This document shows, piece by piece, positions 1-10,925 of a DNA stretch of 64,000 bases. Position 1 is the stretch's first letter; every line of letters begins with the position of its first letter. The notes below the pieces were generated by a model that searched no databases, had not been told where the DNA came from, and saw only the letters and a program-made list of their open reading frames with translations. A program made the translations under genes and the position numbers. The DNA comes from Actinomycetota bacterium (GTDB taxonomy: Bacteria; Actinomycetota; Actinomycetes; S36-B12): positions 36,843 through 100,842 of the forward strand of contig VGCC01000004.1 in assembly GCA_016870195.1 (NCBI GenBank), read 5' to 3'.

Positions 1-82
1 GGATCCCTTCACGATTTCGCCTCCGACGACCTCACCGCAGACTACATTTATCAAGTATTAGATTTCTAGGAAAGGACCGGAT

Positions 83-1414
83 GTGACCCGCACCTGGGCA
101 GACGTCGCCCGCCTGTGCGAGGAGAACGACGTCCACACCGTGGAGTGCCTCTTCGTCGACACCTGGGGTATCCCGCGCGGCAAGCGAATCCCCACCCGGC
201 AATTCCTGCGCGGCGCCGGATACGCGATCGCCAACGTCGTCTACACCTGGGATCCGACCTGCTTCATCTTCGGCACTCCGTGGGTCGACGAGACGGATGG
301 CTTCCCGGACATGCACGCGATGCCCGATCTCGACTCCTTCCGCATCGCCGGATGGACCGACGGAGTCGCCGTCGTCATCTGCGACACCTTCCATCCGAAT
401 TCGCACACCCCGATCGAGATGGATGCGCGCGCCATGCTGAAGCGACAAATCGCTCGCTTCTCCGACCAGGGATTCGAGGTCAATGCAGCCACGGAGCTCG
501 AGTGTCACTTCTTCACATCGGACTGGCAACCGTTGTATTCGGACATCAACTGCTACTCCATCGCACGCGGTGCGGAGATGGAGTACTTCATGCTCGATAT
601 CCGTGAGTCATTGCGCAAGACAGGGATCGAAGTCGAAGCGTCGAACGTCGAATACGGCCCGGGTCAGACCGAGATCAATCTCCGTTACGGACCGATCATG
701 GAGATGGCCGACGCCACGGTGCTCTTCAAATACATCGTGCGTCTCGTCGCCAAGCGTCACGGCATCAACACCACGTTCATGGCGAAGCCGTACCTCACCG
801 AGGCCGGTAACGGCATGCACGTGCACCAATCCCTGTCCCGCGACGGAGTCAATGTCTTCGCCGAGCGGGATGAGGACACCGTGGTGGGCAACGTGGTGAT
901 GCGCAAGTACCTCACCGGGCTTCTTGCACATCACCGGGAGCTGCAACTGGTCATGACGCCCACGGTCAGCGGCTACAAGCGGGTGGAGGATTACTCGTTC
1001 TCGCCGACCCAGGTGACCTGGGGACTCGACCACCGGTTGGTGGGCGTCCGCTCGATCGTGGGAGCCGGCGATGCCAACCGACTCGAGGTGCGGTGGGCGG
1101 CCGCTGACGCCAATCCGTACCTGGTGCTCGCCGGATGCCTCGCCGCGGGGATGGATGGCCTGATGAGCGAGTACCCGCTCCTCCCGCAGGTGATGGGCGA
1201 TCCGCATGCGGATGAGTCCTGGGATCGACTCCCGACAAGCCTGCGGGGCGCCATCGAAAACTTCGACACCCCGTTCACGAGGGCGACATTCGGTGACACC
1301 TTCGTGGAGAACTTCCTGATCATGCAGAATCGCGAAGCGGATGAGTTCGACCACAACGCCGCCGGCGAGGGCGTGACGGAGTGGGAGATCGCGCGGTATC
1401 GAGCAGTGATCTGA
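83..1414 (+). CDS. Glutamine synthetase-family gamma-glutamyl ligase (PuuA/GlnA3-like)
   Basis: DTWGIPRGK, ELE, EYGPGQTEINL, TFMAKP, GNGMHVHQSL, RLEVR..ADANPYL motifs; SD AAAGGA upstream of GTG. Confidence 0.85.
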   Translation: MTRTWADVARLCEENDVHTVECLFVDTWGIPRGKRIPTRQFLRGAGYAIANVVYTWDPTCFIFGTPWVDETDGFPDMHAMPDLDSFRIAGWTDGVAVVICDTFHPNSHTPIEMDARAMLKRQIARFSDQGFEVNAATELECHFFTSDWQPLYSDINCYSIARGAEMEYFMLDIRESLRKTGIEVEASNVEYGPGQTEINLRYGPIMEMADATVLFKYIVRLVAKRHGINTTFMAKPYLTEAGNGMHVHQSLSRDGVNVFAERDEDTVVGNVVMRKYLTGLLAHHRELQLVMTPTVSGYKRVEDYSFSPTQVTWGLDHRLVGVRSIVGAGDANRLEVRWAAADANPYLVLAGCLAAGMDGLMSEYPLLPQVMGDPHADESWDRLPTSLRGAIENFDTPFTRATFGDTFVENFLIMQNREADEFDHNAAGEGVTEWEIARYRAVI

Positions 1415-1416
1415 CC

Positions 1417-2106
1417 ATGCGGGTTCTGCTCATCAGCCATGAACCCCAGGCCTCACCGGGTGTCATCGGCCGCCTCCTGTACGAGCGTAGGATCGAGACA
1501 GAGACGCACATCGTCCTGGAGGATCCAGTGAATCCAAACACCGCGTTCCCCGATCCCGGAGACTTCGACGCGGTGATCTCGTTCGGTTCGTTCTGCAACG
1601 CGTACGACCCTGCTGTTCGCGACTGGGTCGAGCCCGAGGTGTCACTGATCTCGGACATGGTGGAGCGAGATATCCCGTACCTCGGCGTTTGTTTCGGTGG
1701 CCAGCTCCTGGCCGAGGCCCTCGGTGGGTCGGTGGAGCGCGCCCCTGCGGGATCCGACGAGATCGGTCTGATCGACATCGACTCTGACGTGGCGGAGATT
1801 CCGAGTGGGCCCTGGTTCAGTTGGCATGAGGATCGCACCACTCTTCCCGACCACGTCACCGTCCTCGCTCACAACGGAAACGCTCCACAGTTGTTCCGCT
1901 ACGGCCGTGCCGTGGGCACGCAGTTCCACCCGGAGGCAGAGATCCCGCTCGTGCGCACCTGGACCGAGATCGGTGGGGACCACATTCCAGCCCGGACGTC
2001 GGCGACGGAAATTCTCCACGACCTCCAAGTCCGACGTGAGGATCTCGAAGCGAACTGCGCACGCCTCGTCGACTGGTTCCTGGAGGATGTGGCGCGTGAG
2101 CGCTGA
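1417..2106 (+). CDS. Type 1 glutamine amidotransferase (probable gamma-glutamyl hydrolase)
   Basis: LGVCFGGQ nucleophile motif, QFHPE; ATG at 1417 just after the GS stop. Confidence 0.85.
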   Translation: MRVLLISHEPQASPGVIGRLLYERRIETETHIVLEDPVNPNTAFPDPGDFDAVISFGSFCNAYDPAVRDWVEPEVSLISDMVERDIPYLGVCFGGQLLAEALGGSVERAPAGSDEIGLIDIDSDVAEIPSGPWFSWHEDRTTLPDHVTVLAHNGNAPQLFRYGRAVGTQFHPEAEIPLVRTWTEIGGDHIPARTSATEILHDLQVRREDLEANCARLVDWFLEDVARER

Positions 2107-3262
2107 CACCCCCCTCGCCGGCGTCGTGGTGGTCTCGATGGAGCAGGCGATCTCCGCGCCATTCGCCAGCCGCCAACTGGCCGACCTCGGTGCCACGGTC
2201 ATCAAGGTCGAGCGAGCCGAGGGTGACTTCGCCCGGCACTATGACTCCATCGTGTCGGGATCGTCCGCATTCTTCGTCTGGGCGAACCGCGGGAAGCACT
2301 CGGTGGCAATCGACATAGATGCGCCCGGGGCGGCCCGCATTCTGGAGGAGTTGATCGCCGGGGCGGACGTTTTCCTGCACAACCTCTCGCCGGATGCAGC
2401 GGCACGTCGACACCTCGATGTCACCTCGCTCCACGCTCGCTTCCCGCATCTGATCGCCTGCGAGATCTCCGGATATGGGCTCGGTGGCCCGCGCACGGCC
2501 GATAAGGCATACGACCTCGCGATCCAAGCCGAGGCCGGGGTGTTCTCGGTGACGGGCGATGACGGGATGAGCAAGGTCGGCTTCTCCGTGGCCGATATCT
2601 CGTCGGGCATGTATGCGCTGAGTTCGATCCTCGCGGCTCTGGTCAAGCGGGATCGCACGGGCGAAGGTTCGGCGATCTCGATCTCCATGCTCGACTGTCT
2701 CGCCGAGTGGGTCTCGGCACCGATGTATGCGGCTGTCTACGGCGGAACCCAAGCGCCACGCACCGGTCGCCGACACCATGCCATCGCTCCGTATGGAACG
2801 TTCACGCTCAGCGACGAGAGCACTCTGCTGATCGCGGTGCAGTCCGATCGCGAATGGCAGGACATGGCTGTCCACCTGTTGCAGTCTCCCGATCTCGGTA
2901 CCGATCCTCGGTTTGCGACGAATGCCGATCGCATTCGCAATGTCGATGACCTCGAAGCCATTGTCAATGCGACCTTGGCATCTCTGTCACCCGATGAGGC
3001 GCGCGCGCGTCTCGCCGCCGGGAGAATCGCGGTGGCCCACGTCAACGATCTACATGGCGTGTGGGAGCACCCACAACTGCGGGCACGCCATCACTTCCAC
3101 AGTGTGCTCACCGCTCATGGCGACATCGAGATGATCGACGCCCCCTTCGGATTCCTCGAGGAGTTTCCAACACCCGACTGGATTCCGGCACTCGACCAAC
3201 ATGACCCGAATGTGCTGGCGCGGGTACGCGCGCGCGGTGCTGAGGTGCTGGGAGATCAGTAG
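2096..3262 (+). CDS. Class III CoA-transferase (CaiB/BaiF family, itaconate CoA-transferase-like)
   Basis: PLAGVVVVSMEQAISAPFASRQLADLGATVIKVE, NRGKHS, AYDLAIQAEAG; GTG start overlaps the upstream gene. Confidence 0.85.
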   Translation: MSADTPLAGVVVVSMEQAISAPFASRQLADLGATVIKVERAEGDFARHYDSIVSGSSAFFVWANRGKHSVAIDIDAPGAARILEELIAGADVFLHNLSPDAAARRHLDVTSLHARFPHLIACEISGYGLGGPRTADKAYDLAIQAEAGVFSVTGDDGMSKVGFSVADISSGMYALSSILAALVKRDRTGEGSAISISMLDCLAEWVSAPMYAAVYGGTQAPRTGRRHHAIAPYGTFTLSDESTLLIAVQSDREWQDMAVHLLQSPDLGTDPRFATNADRIRNVDDLEAIVNATLASLSPDEARARLAAGRIAVAHVNDLHGVWEHPQLRARHHFHSVLTAHGDIEMIDAPFGFLEEFPTPDWIPALDQHDPNVLARVRARGAEVLGDQ

Positions 3263-4404
3263 GACTTGGGAAGGCCCAGCACATGCTGGCCCAGGTAGGC
3301 GAGCACCAGGTTGTTGTTGATCGGCGCCACCTGGTAGAGCCGCGTCTCCCGGAACTTGCGCTCGATGTCATATTCCACTGCGAACCCGAAGCCTCCGTGC
3401 GTATCTAGTGCCGCATTGACGGCTGCCCACGAGGCCTCCGATGCCAGGAACTTCGCCATGTTCGCTTCCTCGGCACACTTCTCGCCCGCGTCGTAGAGCC
3501 GCGCGGCCTCGAACCGCACGAGGTCTGCGGCGCGCAGCTGGGCGTACGCGCGAGCGAGGGGGAATTGCACGCCCTGGTTGGCACCGATCGGGCGACCGAA
3601 GACCTCACGTTCATTCGCGTAGGCGATCGCCCTCTCCAGCACGAAGCGTCCATCTCCGATGCACTCCGACGCGATGAGGATCCGCTCGGCATTCATGCCG
3701 TCCAGGATGTAGCGGAAACCGCGCCCCTCCTCGCCGACGAGGGCAGCGGGAGGGATCACCACATCGTCGAAGAAGACTTCGGTCGTGTTGTGGTTCATCA
3801 TCGTCGGGATGGGCTTTATGGTCAGACCGGGAAGATCGCGCATGTCGAAGAGGAATGTCGACAACCCATCCGTGGGCTTGGCGCACTGCTCGTACGGGGT
3901 GGTGCGCGCCAGGAGCAGCATGAGATCGGAGTGCATTGCGCGCGATGTCCAGATCTTCTGCCCGTTGATGCGCCATCCGTCAGCGGTGCGTTCCGCACGT
4001 GTGCGGATGCGGGTGGTCTCCGATCCCGCACCGGGTTCGGTCACCCCGAAGGCCTGAAGGCGCAACTCCCCGGAAGCGATGCGAGGGAGGTAGTCCCGCT
4101 TCTGCGGCTCGCTCCCGTGACGCAGCAGGGTCCCCATGATGTACATCTGCGCATGGCAGGCGGAGGGGTTGCCACCCGACGCCGCGATTTCCTCGAGGAT
4201 CACCGACGCCTCGGTGAGCGTTGCGCCCCCGCCGCCGTACTCCTCCGGGATGAGCGCGGCCAGGTAACCGGCGGCGGTGAGGGCATCGACGAAGTCGGTG
4301 GGGTAGCCGTCGGGCTCGAGTCCCCGCCAGTACGGGCCGTCGAACTTCTCGCAGACGGCTCGGACGCCGTCGCGCAGCTCGTCGTGCATCGACTCAAAGC
4401 GCAT
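3256..4404 (-). CDS. Acyl-CoA dehydrogenase
   Basis: IPEEYGGGG, FGVTEPGAGS, NGQKIWTS, THGGFGF motifs. Confidence 0.9.
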   Translation of the reverse strand: MRFESMHDELRDGVRAVCEKFDGPYWRGLEPDGYPTDFVDALTAAGYLAALIPEEYGGGGATLTEASVILEEIAASGGNPSACHAQMYIMGTLLRHGSEPQKRDYLPRIASGELRLQAFGVTEPGAGSETTRIRTRAERTADGWRINGQKIWTSRAMHSDLMLLLARTTPYEQCAKPTDGLSTFLFDMRDLPGLTIKPIPTMMNHNTTEVFFDDVVIPPAALVGEEGRGFRYILDGMNAERILIASECIGDGRFVLERAIAYANEREVFGRPIGANQGVQFPLARAYAQLRAADLVRFEAARLYDAGEKCAEEANMAKFLASEASWAAVNAALDTHGGFGFAVEYDIERKFRETRLYQVAPINNNLVLAYLGQHVLGLPKSY

Positions 4405-4411
4405 AGGCAAT

Positions 4412-4435
4412 TTGTATCATTGATAAGAAATACAA
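4412..4435. promoter_or_regulatory. Candidate GntR/FadR operator between divergent ACAD and ALDH genes
   Basis: AT-rich TTGTAT-N12-ATACAA with internal palindrome TATCATTGATA; GntR gene in the same cluster. Confidence 0.5.
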
Positions 4436-4459
4436 GCCAGGGGCGGCAAGAATGAACCC

Positions 4460-5932
4460 ATGACCGACTGGCGCTCCCTCACCACGTCCTTCCGGTTCCC
4501 CACGGGGCTGCTCATCGACGGAACCTGGTTCGAGGGATCGGACTCCTTCGAGGTGATCAGCCCCATCGACGGAGCGGTGCTGGGGAGGGTTTCGTCGGCC
4601 GATGTCGCCGACGTCGATCGGGCGGTGCGTGCGGCCCGACGCGCATTCGAGGACGGGCGTTGGTCGGGAAAGACACCGGCAGAGCGCAAGGAGGTTCTCC
4701 TCCGCTGGGCGCAGTTGTGCGAGGAGCATCGCGAGCGGCTCGCCCTCGCGCACGCGCTGGAGATGGGCAAACCGGCCCGTGAAGCACACGGTGTGGACAT
4801 GCGCGCCGTCATCCGAACCCTGCAGTGGTTCGGCGAGGCCGTCGACAAGATCGTCGACGAACTGCCACACGTGTCACCCGATGCATTGGCGATGGTGCAA
4901 CGCGAGCCCGCCGGAGTGGTGGGCGCCGTTGTGCCGTGGAACTTCCCGTTGACGATGGCGGCCTGGAAGCTCGCCCCCGCACTCGCCTCGGGATGCACCG
5001 TGGTGCTCAAACCCGCGGAGCAGTCACCCATATCGGCACTGCTCCTCGCCGAACTCGGCATGGAGGCCGGACTCCCCGATGGGGTGTTGAACGTGGTGAA
5101 CGGTCCCGGGCATGTCACCGGTCAGGCACTAGGACGTCATCCTGATGTCGACGTGCTGACTTTCACCGGGTCGACCGAGGTCGGACGCAGGTTCATGGAG
5201 TACTCGGCGTCATCGAATCTCAAGCGGGTGTGGCTCGAACTCGGTGGTAAGGGTGCGAATGTGGTCTTCCCCGATGCGGACCTGGACAAGGCTGCGCGCA
5301 CCGCGGCCTGGTCGATCTTCTACAACGCCGGCCAGATGTGCTCGGCCGGTTCCCGCCTCCTCGTTCACGAATCGGTGCACGACGACGTGGTTCGCACCGT
5401 CCTCGATGTCGCTGCGACCATGCAACCGGGTGATCCCCTCGACCACGACGTACCCATGGGAAGTGTGGTGACCCACGAGCATCGCGATCGAATCCACTCG
5501 ATGGTCGTCGAGGGTCTGCGTGCGTCCGGGGAAACGTTGACCGGCGGCAGTCCGGTGCTCGTGGACAGCGGTGGCGCCTACTACCCACCGACTGTGATCG
5601 ACTCCGTGGCGTCGGACACCCTCCTGGCGCAGCAGGAGGTCTTCGGCCCCGTGCTCGCGGTCACCTCCTTCCGGACGGAGGAGGAAGCACTCGCGCTCGC
5701 GAATGGCACGCCGTACGGGCTGGCATCGGCAGTGTGGACCAACGATCTCAACCGCGCGCATCGCTTCTCCCGGGCACTGAAGTTCGGCGTAGTCTGGGTG
5801 AACTGTTACGAGGAAGGTGATCTGACGGTGCCGTTCGGCGGTGTGAAACTCTCGGGATTCGGGCGCGACAAATCTCTGCACGCGTTGGACAAGTTCTACG
5901 ACCTCAAGACCACCTGGATCGACCTGACATGA
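4460..5932 (+). CDS. Aldehyde dehydrogenase (PuuC-like)
   Basis: VPWNFP, KPAEQSP, FTGST, LELGGK, GQMCSAGS, EVFGPV, GRDKSLHALDK. Confidence 0.9.
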   Translation: MTDWRSLTTSFRFPTGLLIDGTWFEGSDSFEVISPIDGAVLGRVSSADVADVDRAVRAARRAFEDGRWSGKTPAERKEVLLRWAQLCEEHRERLALAHALEMGKPAREAHGVDMRAVIRTLQWFGEAVDKIVDELPHVSPDALAMVQREPAGVVGAVVPWNFPLTMAAWKLAPALASGCTVVLKPAEQSPISALLLAELGMEAGLPDGVLNVVNGPGHVTGQALGRHPDVDVLTFTGSTEVGRRFMEYSASSNLKRVWLELGGKGANVVFPDADLDKAARTAAWSIFYNAGQMCSAGSRLLVHESVHDDVVRTVLDVAATMQPGDPLDHDVPMGSVVTHEHRDRIHSMVVEGLRASGETLTGGSPVLVDSGGAYYPPTVIDSVASDTLLAQQEVFGPVLAVTSFRTEEEALALANGTPYGLASAVWTNDLNRAHRFSRALKFGVVWVNCYEEGDLTVPFGGVKLSGFGRDKSLHALDKFYDLKTTWIDLT

Positions 5933-6597
5933 GTGAGACCAGGCGTGTTCCCCGACGCCGGAACCTGTCCGAGGATGTCTCCGAGTACATCCGTGACGGG
6001 ATCATGTCCGGGGCGCTCCGCCCGGGGACGCGGATCGATCAGGACGCCATCGCGGCGGAACTCGGGGTAAGCCGGCTGCCCGTGCGCGAGGCGTTGATCA
6101 GCCTGGACAAGGAAGGCTTGATCAACACCATTCCCCGGCGCGGCGCCTTCGTGGCGCAGATGGAGCGCGAGGACGTCCTCGACCACTATCAACTCTTCGG
6201 GCAGGTCGCCGGCCTGGCTGCTGCTCGTGCGGCTGCGCGGTTGTTGGATTCCGACATCGAGCGACTCGTCGACGTGCACTCTCGGATGCACGGAACGTCC
6301 AACCGAGACGAGCAGCGCAAACTCAATGACGAGTTCCACCGCATCATTAACAAGGCGGCCGGGAGTGCGCGGATCACGAGCATGGTGGGTCTGCTCTCCC
6401 GGTCACTCCCGATGCCCTACGTGGATTTCCCCGACACCTGGTTGGACGAAGCCGACCGCCAACACCAGGAGATCATCGACGCGTTGAGGAAGCGTGACAC
6501 CCTGGCGGCGCAACGCGCCATGGAGCAACACATCAATCTCAGCGGCCGTCACGCCGTTAACGTGCTGGAAGGAATGGGCTTCTTCTCTCCCGAATAA
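5929..6597 (+). CDS. GntR-family (FCD) transcriptional regulator
   Basis: N-terminal HTH LGVSRLPVREAL; FCD domain with FH and H..I motifs. Confidence 0.9.
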   Translation: MSETRRVPRRRNLSEDVSEYIRDGIMSGALRPGTRIDQDAIAAELGVSRLPVREALISLDKEGLINTIPRRGAFVAQMEREDVLDHYQLFGQVAGLAAARAAARLLDSDIERLVDVHSRMHGTSNRDEQRKLNDEFHRIINKAAGSARITSMVGLLSRSLPMPYVDFPDTWLDEADRQHQEIIDALRKRDTLAAQRAMEQHINLSGRHAVNVLEGMGFFSPE

Positions 6598-6598
6598 C

Positions 6599-7549
6599 TC
6601 AGCGGGAGCGTTCTGCAATCACCACGCCACTCAGAATCAACGCACCACCGATGATCTGGATCCAGGTGAGGGATTCACCCAGGACAACCCACGCGATGAG
6701 GATCGCCAGCAAGGGTTCGGTCAGTCCGACCGTGGAGGCTTGCGAAGCGCGCAGGTACTTCAGCGCCACGACGACGAGCCAGAACGGGACGATCGTCCCC
6801 AGCACGACCAGCCAGGTGGCCATCACCCAAATGTGAAGGGATGATCCGGCGAGTTGTGCATCACCACCGAATGTGGCCCAGGGGTACGACCACCATGGTT
6901 GGGCGACGACCCAGAAGAGGGACGCGAATCCGAAACCCCACATCGTGAGCGACACCGGATCGCGTGGTTCCGGTTCGCGCACCTCGCGGTCACCGAGCAC
7001 GTAGTAGATGGCCAGTGCCACAGCGGCACCTGCTGCGGCGAGGACGCCGATGGGATTCAGGGTGAATCCCTGCCACACCTGGGCGACCAGACTCAGGCCG
7101 AGGAGTGCGATGACGAGTGCGAGCCACACGGTGGCGCGGGTGGGCTCCCGGTAGCCAAACCGGAACCACAGCGCAACCAGGATCGGCGCGGTGAACTCAA
7201 TGAGCAGGGCCACACCCACCGGCAGGTACTGCAGTGCGACGAAGTAGAGGTACTGGGTCATTGCCACGCCGGCGATGCCGTAGACGAGCAAGGGCACGAT
7301 GTCCCGGCGCCGGAGTCGCAATGCTCCGGGTTTCGTGATGGCGACGAACACCGCCAGGATCAGGAAGGCGCCGGTGACGCGCAGCTGCGACAACCGCGCG
7401 GGATCGAGCCCATCGAGCAGGAGGGTCTTGGAGACCGTGCCGTTGATCGCGAAGAAGAGGGCGGCTGTCACGTAGAGGACGTATCCACGTGCCGGGTGTG
7501 CTTGGTGCGAGGGGCGTACGCCGGGGACCGGTTCGACGAGGTCGCTCAC
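6599..7549 (-). CDS. EamA/DMT-family transporter
   Basis: About ten hydrophobic helices, two EamA repeats, LTEPLLAILIAWVVLGE; start trimmed to GTG 7549. Confidence 0.85.
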   Translation of the reverse strand: MSDLVEPVPGVRPSHQAHPARGYVLYVTAALFFAINGTVSKTLLLDGLDPARLSQLRVTGAFLILAVFVAITKPGALRLRRRDIVPLLVYGIAGVAMTQYLYFVALQYLPVGVALLIEFTAPILVALWFRFGYREPTRATVWLALVIALLGLSLVAQVWQGFTLNPIGVLAAAGAAVALAIYYVLGDREVREPEPRDPVSLTMWGFGFASLFWVVAQPWWSYPWATFGGDAQLAGSSLHIWVMATWLVVLGTIVPFWLVVVALKYLRASQASTVGLTEPLLAILIAWVVLGESLTWIQIIGGALILSGVVIAERSR

Positions 7550-7607
7550 GATCTCCCAACCTCGCGCACGGGCTGAGCCTAGGCCCCCACGCAGGTAGGC
7601 TCCGAGC

Positions 7608-8831
7608 GTGAGTGCGGATCCGCACGTGCTGTGCATGGTCCTTGCTGGTGGCGAGGGCAAACGCCTCATGCCCCTGACGGCCGATCGCGCGAAGCCCGCG
7701 GTTCCCTTCGGTGGCTCCTATCGACTCATAGACTTCGTCCTGTCCAATCTCATCAATGCCGGATTACGTCGCGTGTGTGTCCTGACGCAGTACAAGTCCC
7801 ACTCGCTGGATCGTCACGTCACGCAAACCTGGCGCATGCCGACCCTCCTCGGCGACTACGTCACCCCGGTGCCAGCCCAGCAGCGACTTGGCCCGCGATG
7901 GTTCACCGGCAGCGCGGATGCGATCTATCAGAGCCTCAACCTAGTCTTCGACGAAGCACCTACTCACGTAGCCGTCTTCGGCGCAGATCACGTGTATCGC
8001 ATGGATCCGATGCAGATGATCGAGGCGCATATCGAGGGAGGCGCCGGTGTCACGGTCGCCGGAATCCGCATGCCACGGGCCATCGCGCATGACTTCGGTG
8101 TGATCCAGGTCGGACCGGACGGCCGGACGATCGAGAATTTCCTGGAGAAGCCCGCCGACCCGCCTGCAATCCCCGGGCACGCCGATGAATCGTTCATCTC
8201 GATGGGCAACTACATCTTCAGCACGGATGTTCTGCTCGAGGCTCTGCGCGAAGATGCTGCCGATCCATCGTCGGTGCACGACATGGGCGGCAACATCATC
8301 CAGATGCTGACTGCTCGGGGCGCGGCACAGGTCTATGACTTCGCCGACAACATCGTCCCCGGTGCCACGGAGCGCGATCGGGGCTACTGGAGGGATGTCG
8401 GAACACTCGACAGCTATCACGACGCACACATGGATCTCGTGTCCGTGCACCCGATCTTCAACCTCTACAACCGCAGGTGGCCCATCCTCAGTTACATCAC
8501 CCCGCTCCCCCCCGCGAAGTTCGTCGAGGGCGGGAATGCACACGAGTCCATGGTCGGTGCTGGCAGCATCATCAGCGGTGCGCACGTGCGCACATCGGTG
8601 ATCTCGTCCAACGTCAGCATCGATTCGGGTGCCTACATTGAGGGCAGTGTGCTGATGCCCGGTGTCCATGTGGGCCGCAATGCCGTGGTGCGGCGCGCAA
8701 TCCTCGACAAGAACGTGACCATCCCAGACAACGCCCAGATCGGCGTCGATCTCGAGCGTGATCGAGGCATCTACACGGTCAGCGACGGTGGGGTCGTGGT
8801 GCTCGGCAAGGGCGTGACCGCCGTCTCGTGA
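7608..8831 (+). CDS. glgC: Glucose-1-phosphate adenylyltransferase
   Basis: [36 protein letters not shown]; TAGGCT -10 box 6 nt before GTG. Confidence 0.97.
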   Translation: MSADPHVLCMVLAGGEGKRLMPLTADRAKPAVPFGGSYRLIDFVLSNLINAGLRRVCVLTQYKSHSLDRHVTQTWRMPTLLGDYVTPVPAQQRLGPRWFTGSADAIYQSLNLVFDEAPTHVAVFGADHVYRMDPMQMIEAHIEGGAGVTVAGIRMPRAIAHDFGVIQVGPDGRTIENFLEKPADPPAIPGHADESFISMGNYIFSTDVLLEALREDAADPSSVHDMGGNIIQMLTARGAAQVYDFADNIVPGATERDRGYWRDVGTLDSYHDAHMDLVSVHPIFNLYNRRWPILSYITPLPPAKFVEGGNAHESMVGAGSIISGAHVRTSVISSNVSIDSGAYIEGSVLMPGVHVGRNAVVRRAILDKNVTIPDNAQIGVDLERDRGIYTVSDGGVVVLGKGVTAVS

Positions 8832-10156
8832 AATCACGGATCACGGGGATCTGGACGACCAGCATCCTGTGCGGAGCACTCCTGGTGGGTGCTTTTCCTG
8901 CATCTGCCCACCCCACTCTCCATCCGCGCGTTGTCGGCGGCGCACCGGTACCGATCACATCCGCCCCGTGGCAGGTTGCCCTCTTCATCGGGAACAACTC
9001 GTTCTGCGGCGGATCGCTGATTGCATCGACCTGGGTGCTGACCGCGGCACATTGCCTCGCAGGCGCACCCTCGCCACGGGTCTTCATCGGTGAGTCGAAT
9101 CTGAGTCAACGTTCGGAGACCGACGAGTATCCGGTGATCCGGACGATCATCCATCCGAGCTACGACTCGCGCCGGTATACCGCGGATCTGGCCTTGATCG
9201 AGCTCGGGAGGCCGATCACTCCCGGCGCGGCGATCGGCGTCATTCCACTTCCGACGTCACCGGATCCGGCGAGTTGGCCTGCCGTCGGCACACCCGCGAA
9301 GGTCACCGGGTGGGGTGCAACGTCGTTCGGTGGGGGTGCGGTCACCGATCTCCGGGAGGCGACGGTGCAGGTGCTCGTCGGTCCCACGGGAGGAACATGT
9401 GGCGACTACGGCACCGGATACGACGTGCGCGCGACCATCTGCGCGGGTGTTCCCCAGGGTGGGATCGACACCTGCCAAGGGGATAGTGGTGGCCCCTTCG
9501 TCATCGATGTCGCCGGCGTGCCAACCCTCGCGGGGGTGACGAGCATCGGGAACGATTGCGGGCAGGCGACCTTCCCCGGCATCTACACCCGGGTCACCAC
9601 GTACCTCGACTGGATTCGATCGGCGGTTCCCGTTCCCGCCGCCGCCCCGAGCCCACCGGCGGGCGTCGGAGTCAGCACCGAGTCCCTGGGTCGCGTGGCA
9701 GTTCGCTGGACAACGCCCACGGCGAACGGCTCGCCGATCACGGGGTACACGGCGACCGCTGGTGAACGTTCCTGCGCGACGACTGACGTGACCTGTGTCA
9801 TCGACGGCGTTCCCACGGGAGTACCGGTCTCGGTGACGGTGACGGCCAACAACGCGGTCGGCACGAGTGCTGTGTCGTCACCGATCGAGGTCGTCCCTGT
9901 CGATGGTGTCACCAGCGTCGGAACCAGGGTCAGCGATACCCGTCTGGAGACCTGGGCAGGCATTCCACGCAGGTCCGGTGACCGCATCGCACTGCGCGTG
10001 GCGCCCGAATCTCGACGCATCTGCGAGGTGAGTGGGGATCGTGTGCGCATGCGAGCACCGGGTCTGTGCGCCGTGCGCCTCGTAGTGACGCGAGCAGATG
10101 GCTCCCGTCTCCGGGCCACCACGTACGTGGACGTCCGATCAGCCAAATCTCCCTGA
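8828..10156 (+). CDS. Secreted trypsin-like (S1) serine protease with FN3 domain
   Basis: Signal peptide, RVVGG activation site, [18 protein letters not shown]; FN3 W...GSPITGY. Confidence 0.9.
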   Translation: MKSRITGIWTTSILCGALLVGAFPASAHPTLHPRVVGGAPVPITSAPWQVALFIGNNSFCGGSLIASTWVLTAAHCLAGAPSPRVFIGESNLSQRSETDEYPVIRTIIHPSYDSRRYTADLALIELGRPITPGAAIGVIPLPTSPDPASWPAVGTPAKVTGWGATSFGGGAVTDLREATVQVLVGPTGGTCGDYGTGYDVRATICAGVPQGGIDTCQGDSGGPFVIDVAGVPTLAGVTSIGNDCGQATFPGIYTRVTTYLDWIRSAVPVPAAAPSPPAGVGVSTESLGRVAVRWTTPTANGSPITGYTATAGERSCATTDVTCVIDGVPTGVPVSVTVTANNAVGTSAVSSPIEVVPVDGVTSVGTRVSDTRLETWAGIPRRSGDRIALRVAPESRRICEVSGDRVRMRAPGLCAVRLVVTRADGSRLRATTYVDVRSAKSP

Positions 10157-10918
10157 CACGTAGTCCTCTGTCTGCTTGACACGGGGATTCGAGAAAATCT
10201 GCGATGTCTCACCGATCTCGATCAATCTCCCGGGTTCTCCGACGGCATTGACATTGAAGAAGGCAGTCGTGCTTGACACGCGAGCGGCCTGTTGCATGTT
10301 GTGTGTCACGATCACGATGGTGTATGTGTCCTTAAGTTCGTGGATGAGATCCTCGATGGCCAAAGTGGAGATCGGGTCGAGAGCCGAGCATGGTTCATCC
10401 ATGAGGAGGACCTCAGGTTCGATGGCTATGGCACGTGCGATGCACAGGCGCTGCTGTTGGCCACCCGAAAGACCCGCGCCGGGTCGATCCACTCGATCCT
10501 TGACCTCGGCCCAAAGATTCGCGCTACGTAGTGATCGCTCCACGACGTCGTCAAGGTCCTTCGAGCGCCGCCGCCGCTTGCTTAGCCGGAGTCCGGCGAC
10601 GACATTGTCGTAGATCGACATGGTCGGAAATGGATTGGGCCGTTGGAAAACCATGCCGATCGTTCGACGCACGAGGACCGGATCCACGTCGACCCCGTAG
10701 ACGTCCTCGTTGTCCAGGAGAACTTCCCCGGTGACATAGGCCCCTGGAACGAGTTCATGCATGCGGTTGATGCTCCTGAGCACGCTGGATTTTCCGCATC
10801 CGGATGGACCAATGAAAGCTGTCACGGATCGCGGGTTCACCGTGAGTGTCACCTGTTCCACCGCGAGGAAGTCACCGTAGAAGATATCCAGGTCGACGAG
10901 GTCGATTCTCTTGCTCAT
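10139..10918 (-). CDS. pstB: Phosphate ABC transporter ATPase
   Basis: [34 protein letters not shown]-terminal YVSGRFG. Confidence 0.97.
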   Translation of the reverse strand: MSKRIDLVDLDIFYGDFLAVEQVTLTVNPRSVTAFIGPSGCGKSSVLRSINRMHELVPGAYVTGEVLLDNEDVYGVDVDPVLVRRTIGMVFQRPNPFPTMSIYDNVVAGLRLSKRRRRSKDLDDVVERSLRSANLWAEVKDRVDRPGAGLSGGQQQRLCIARAIAIEPEVLLMDEPCSALDPISTLAIEDLIHELKDTYTIVIVTHNMQQAARVSSTTAFFNVNAVGEPGRLIEIGETSQIFSNPRVKQTEDYVSGRFG

Positions 10919-10925
10919 GGTTCTC

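Noticed and set aside
83-1414. Annotation as housekeeping glnA
   Set aside because: Divergent ammonia-site region and catabolic neighbourhood fit a gamma-glutamyl-amine ligase better
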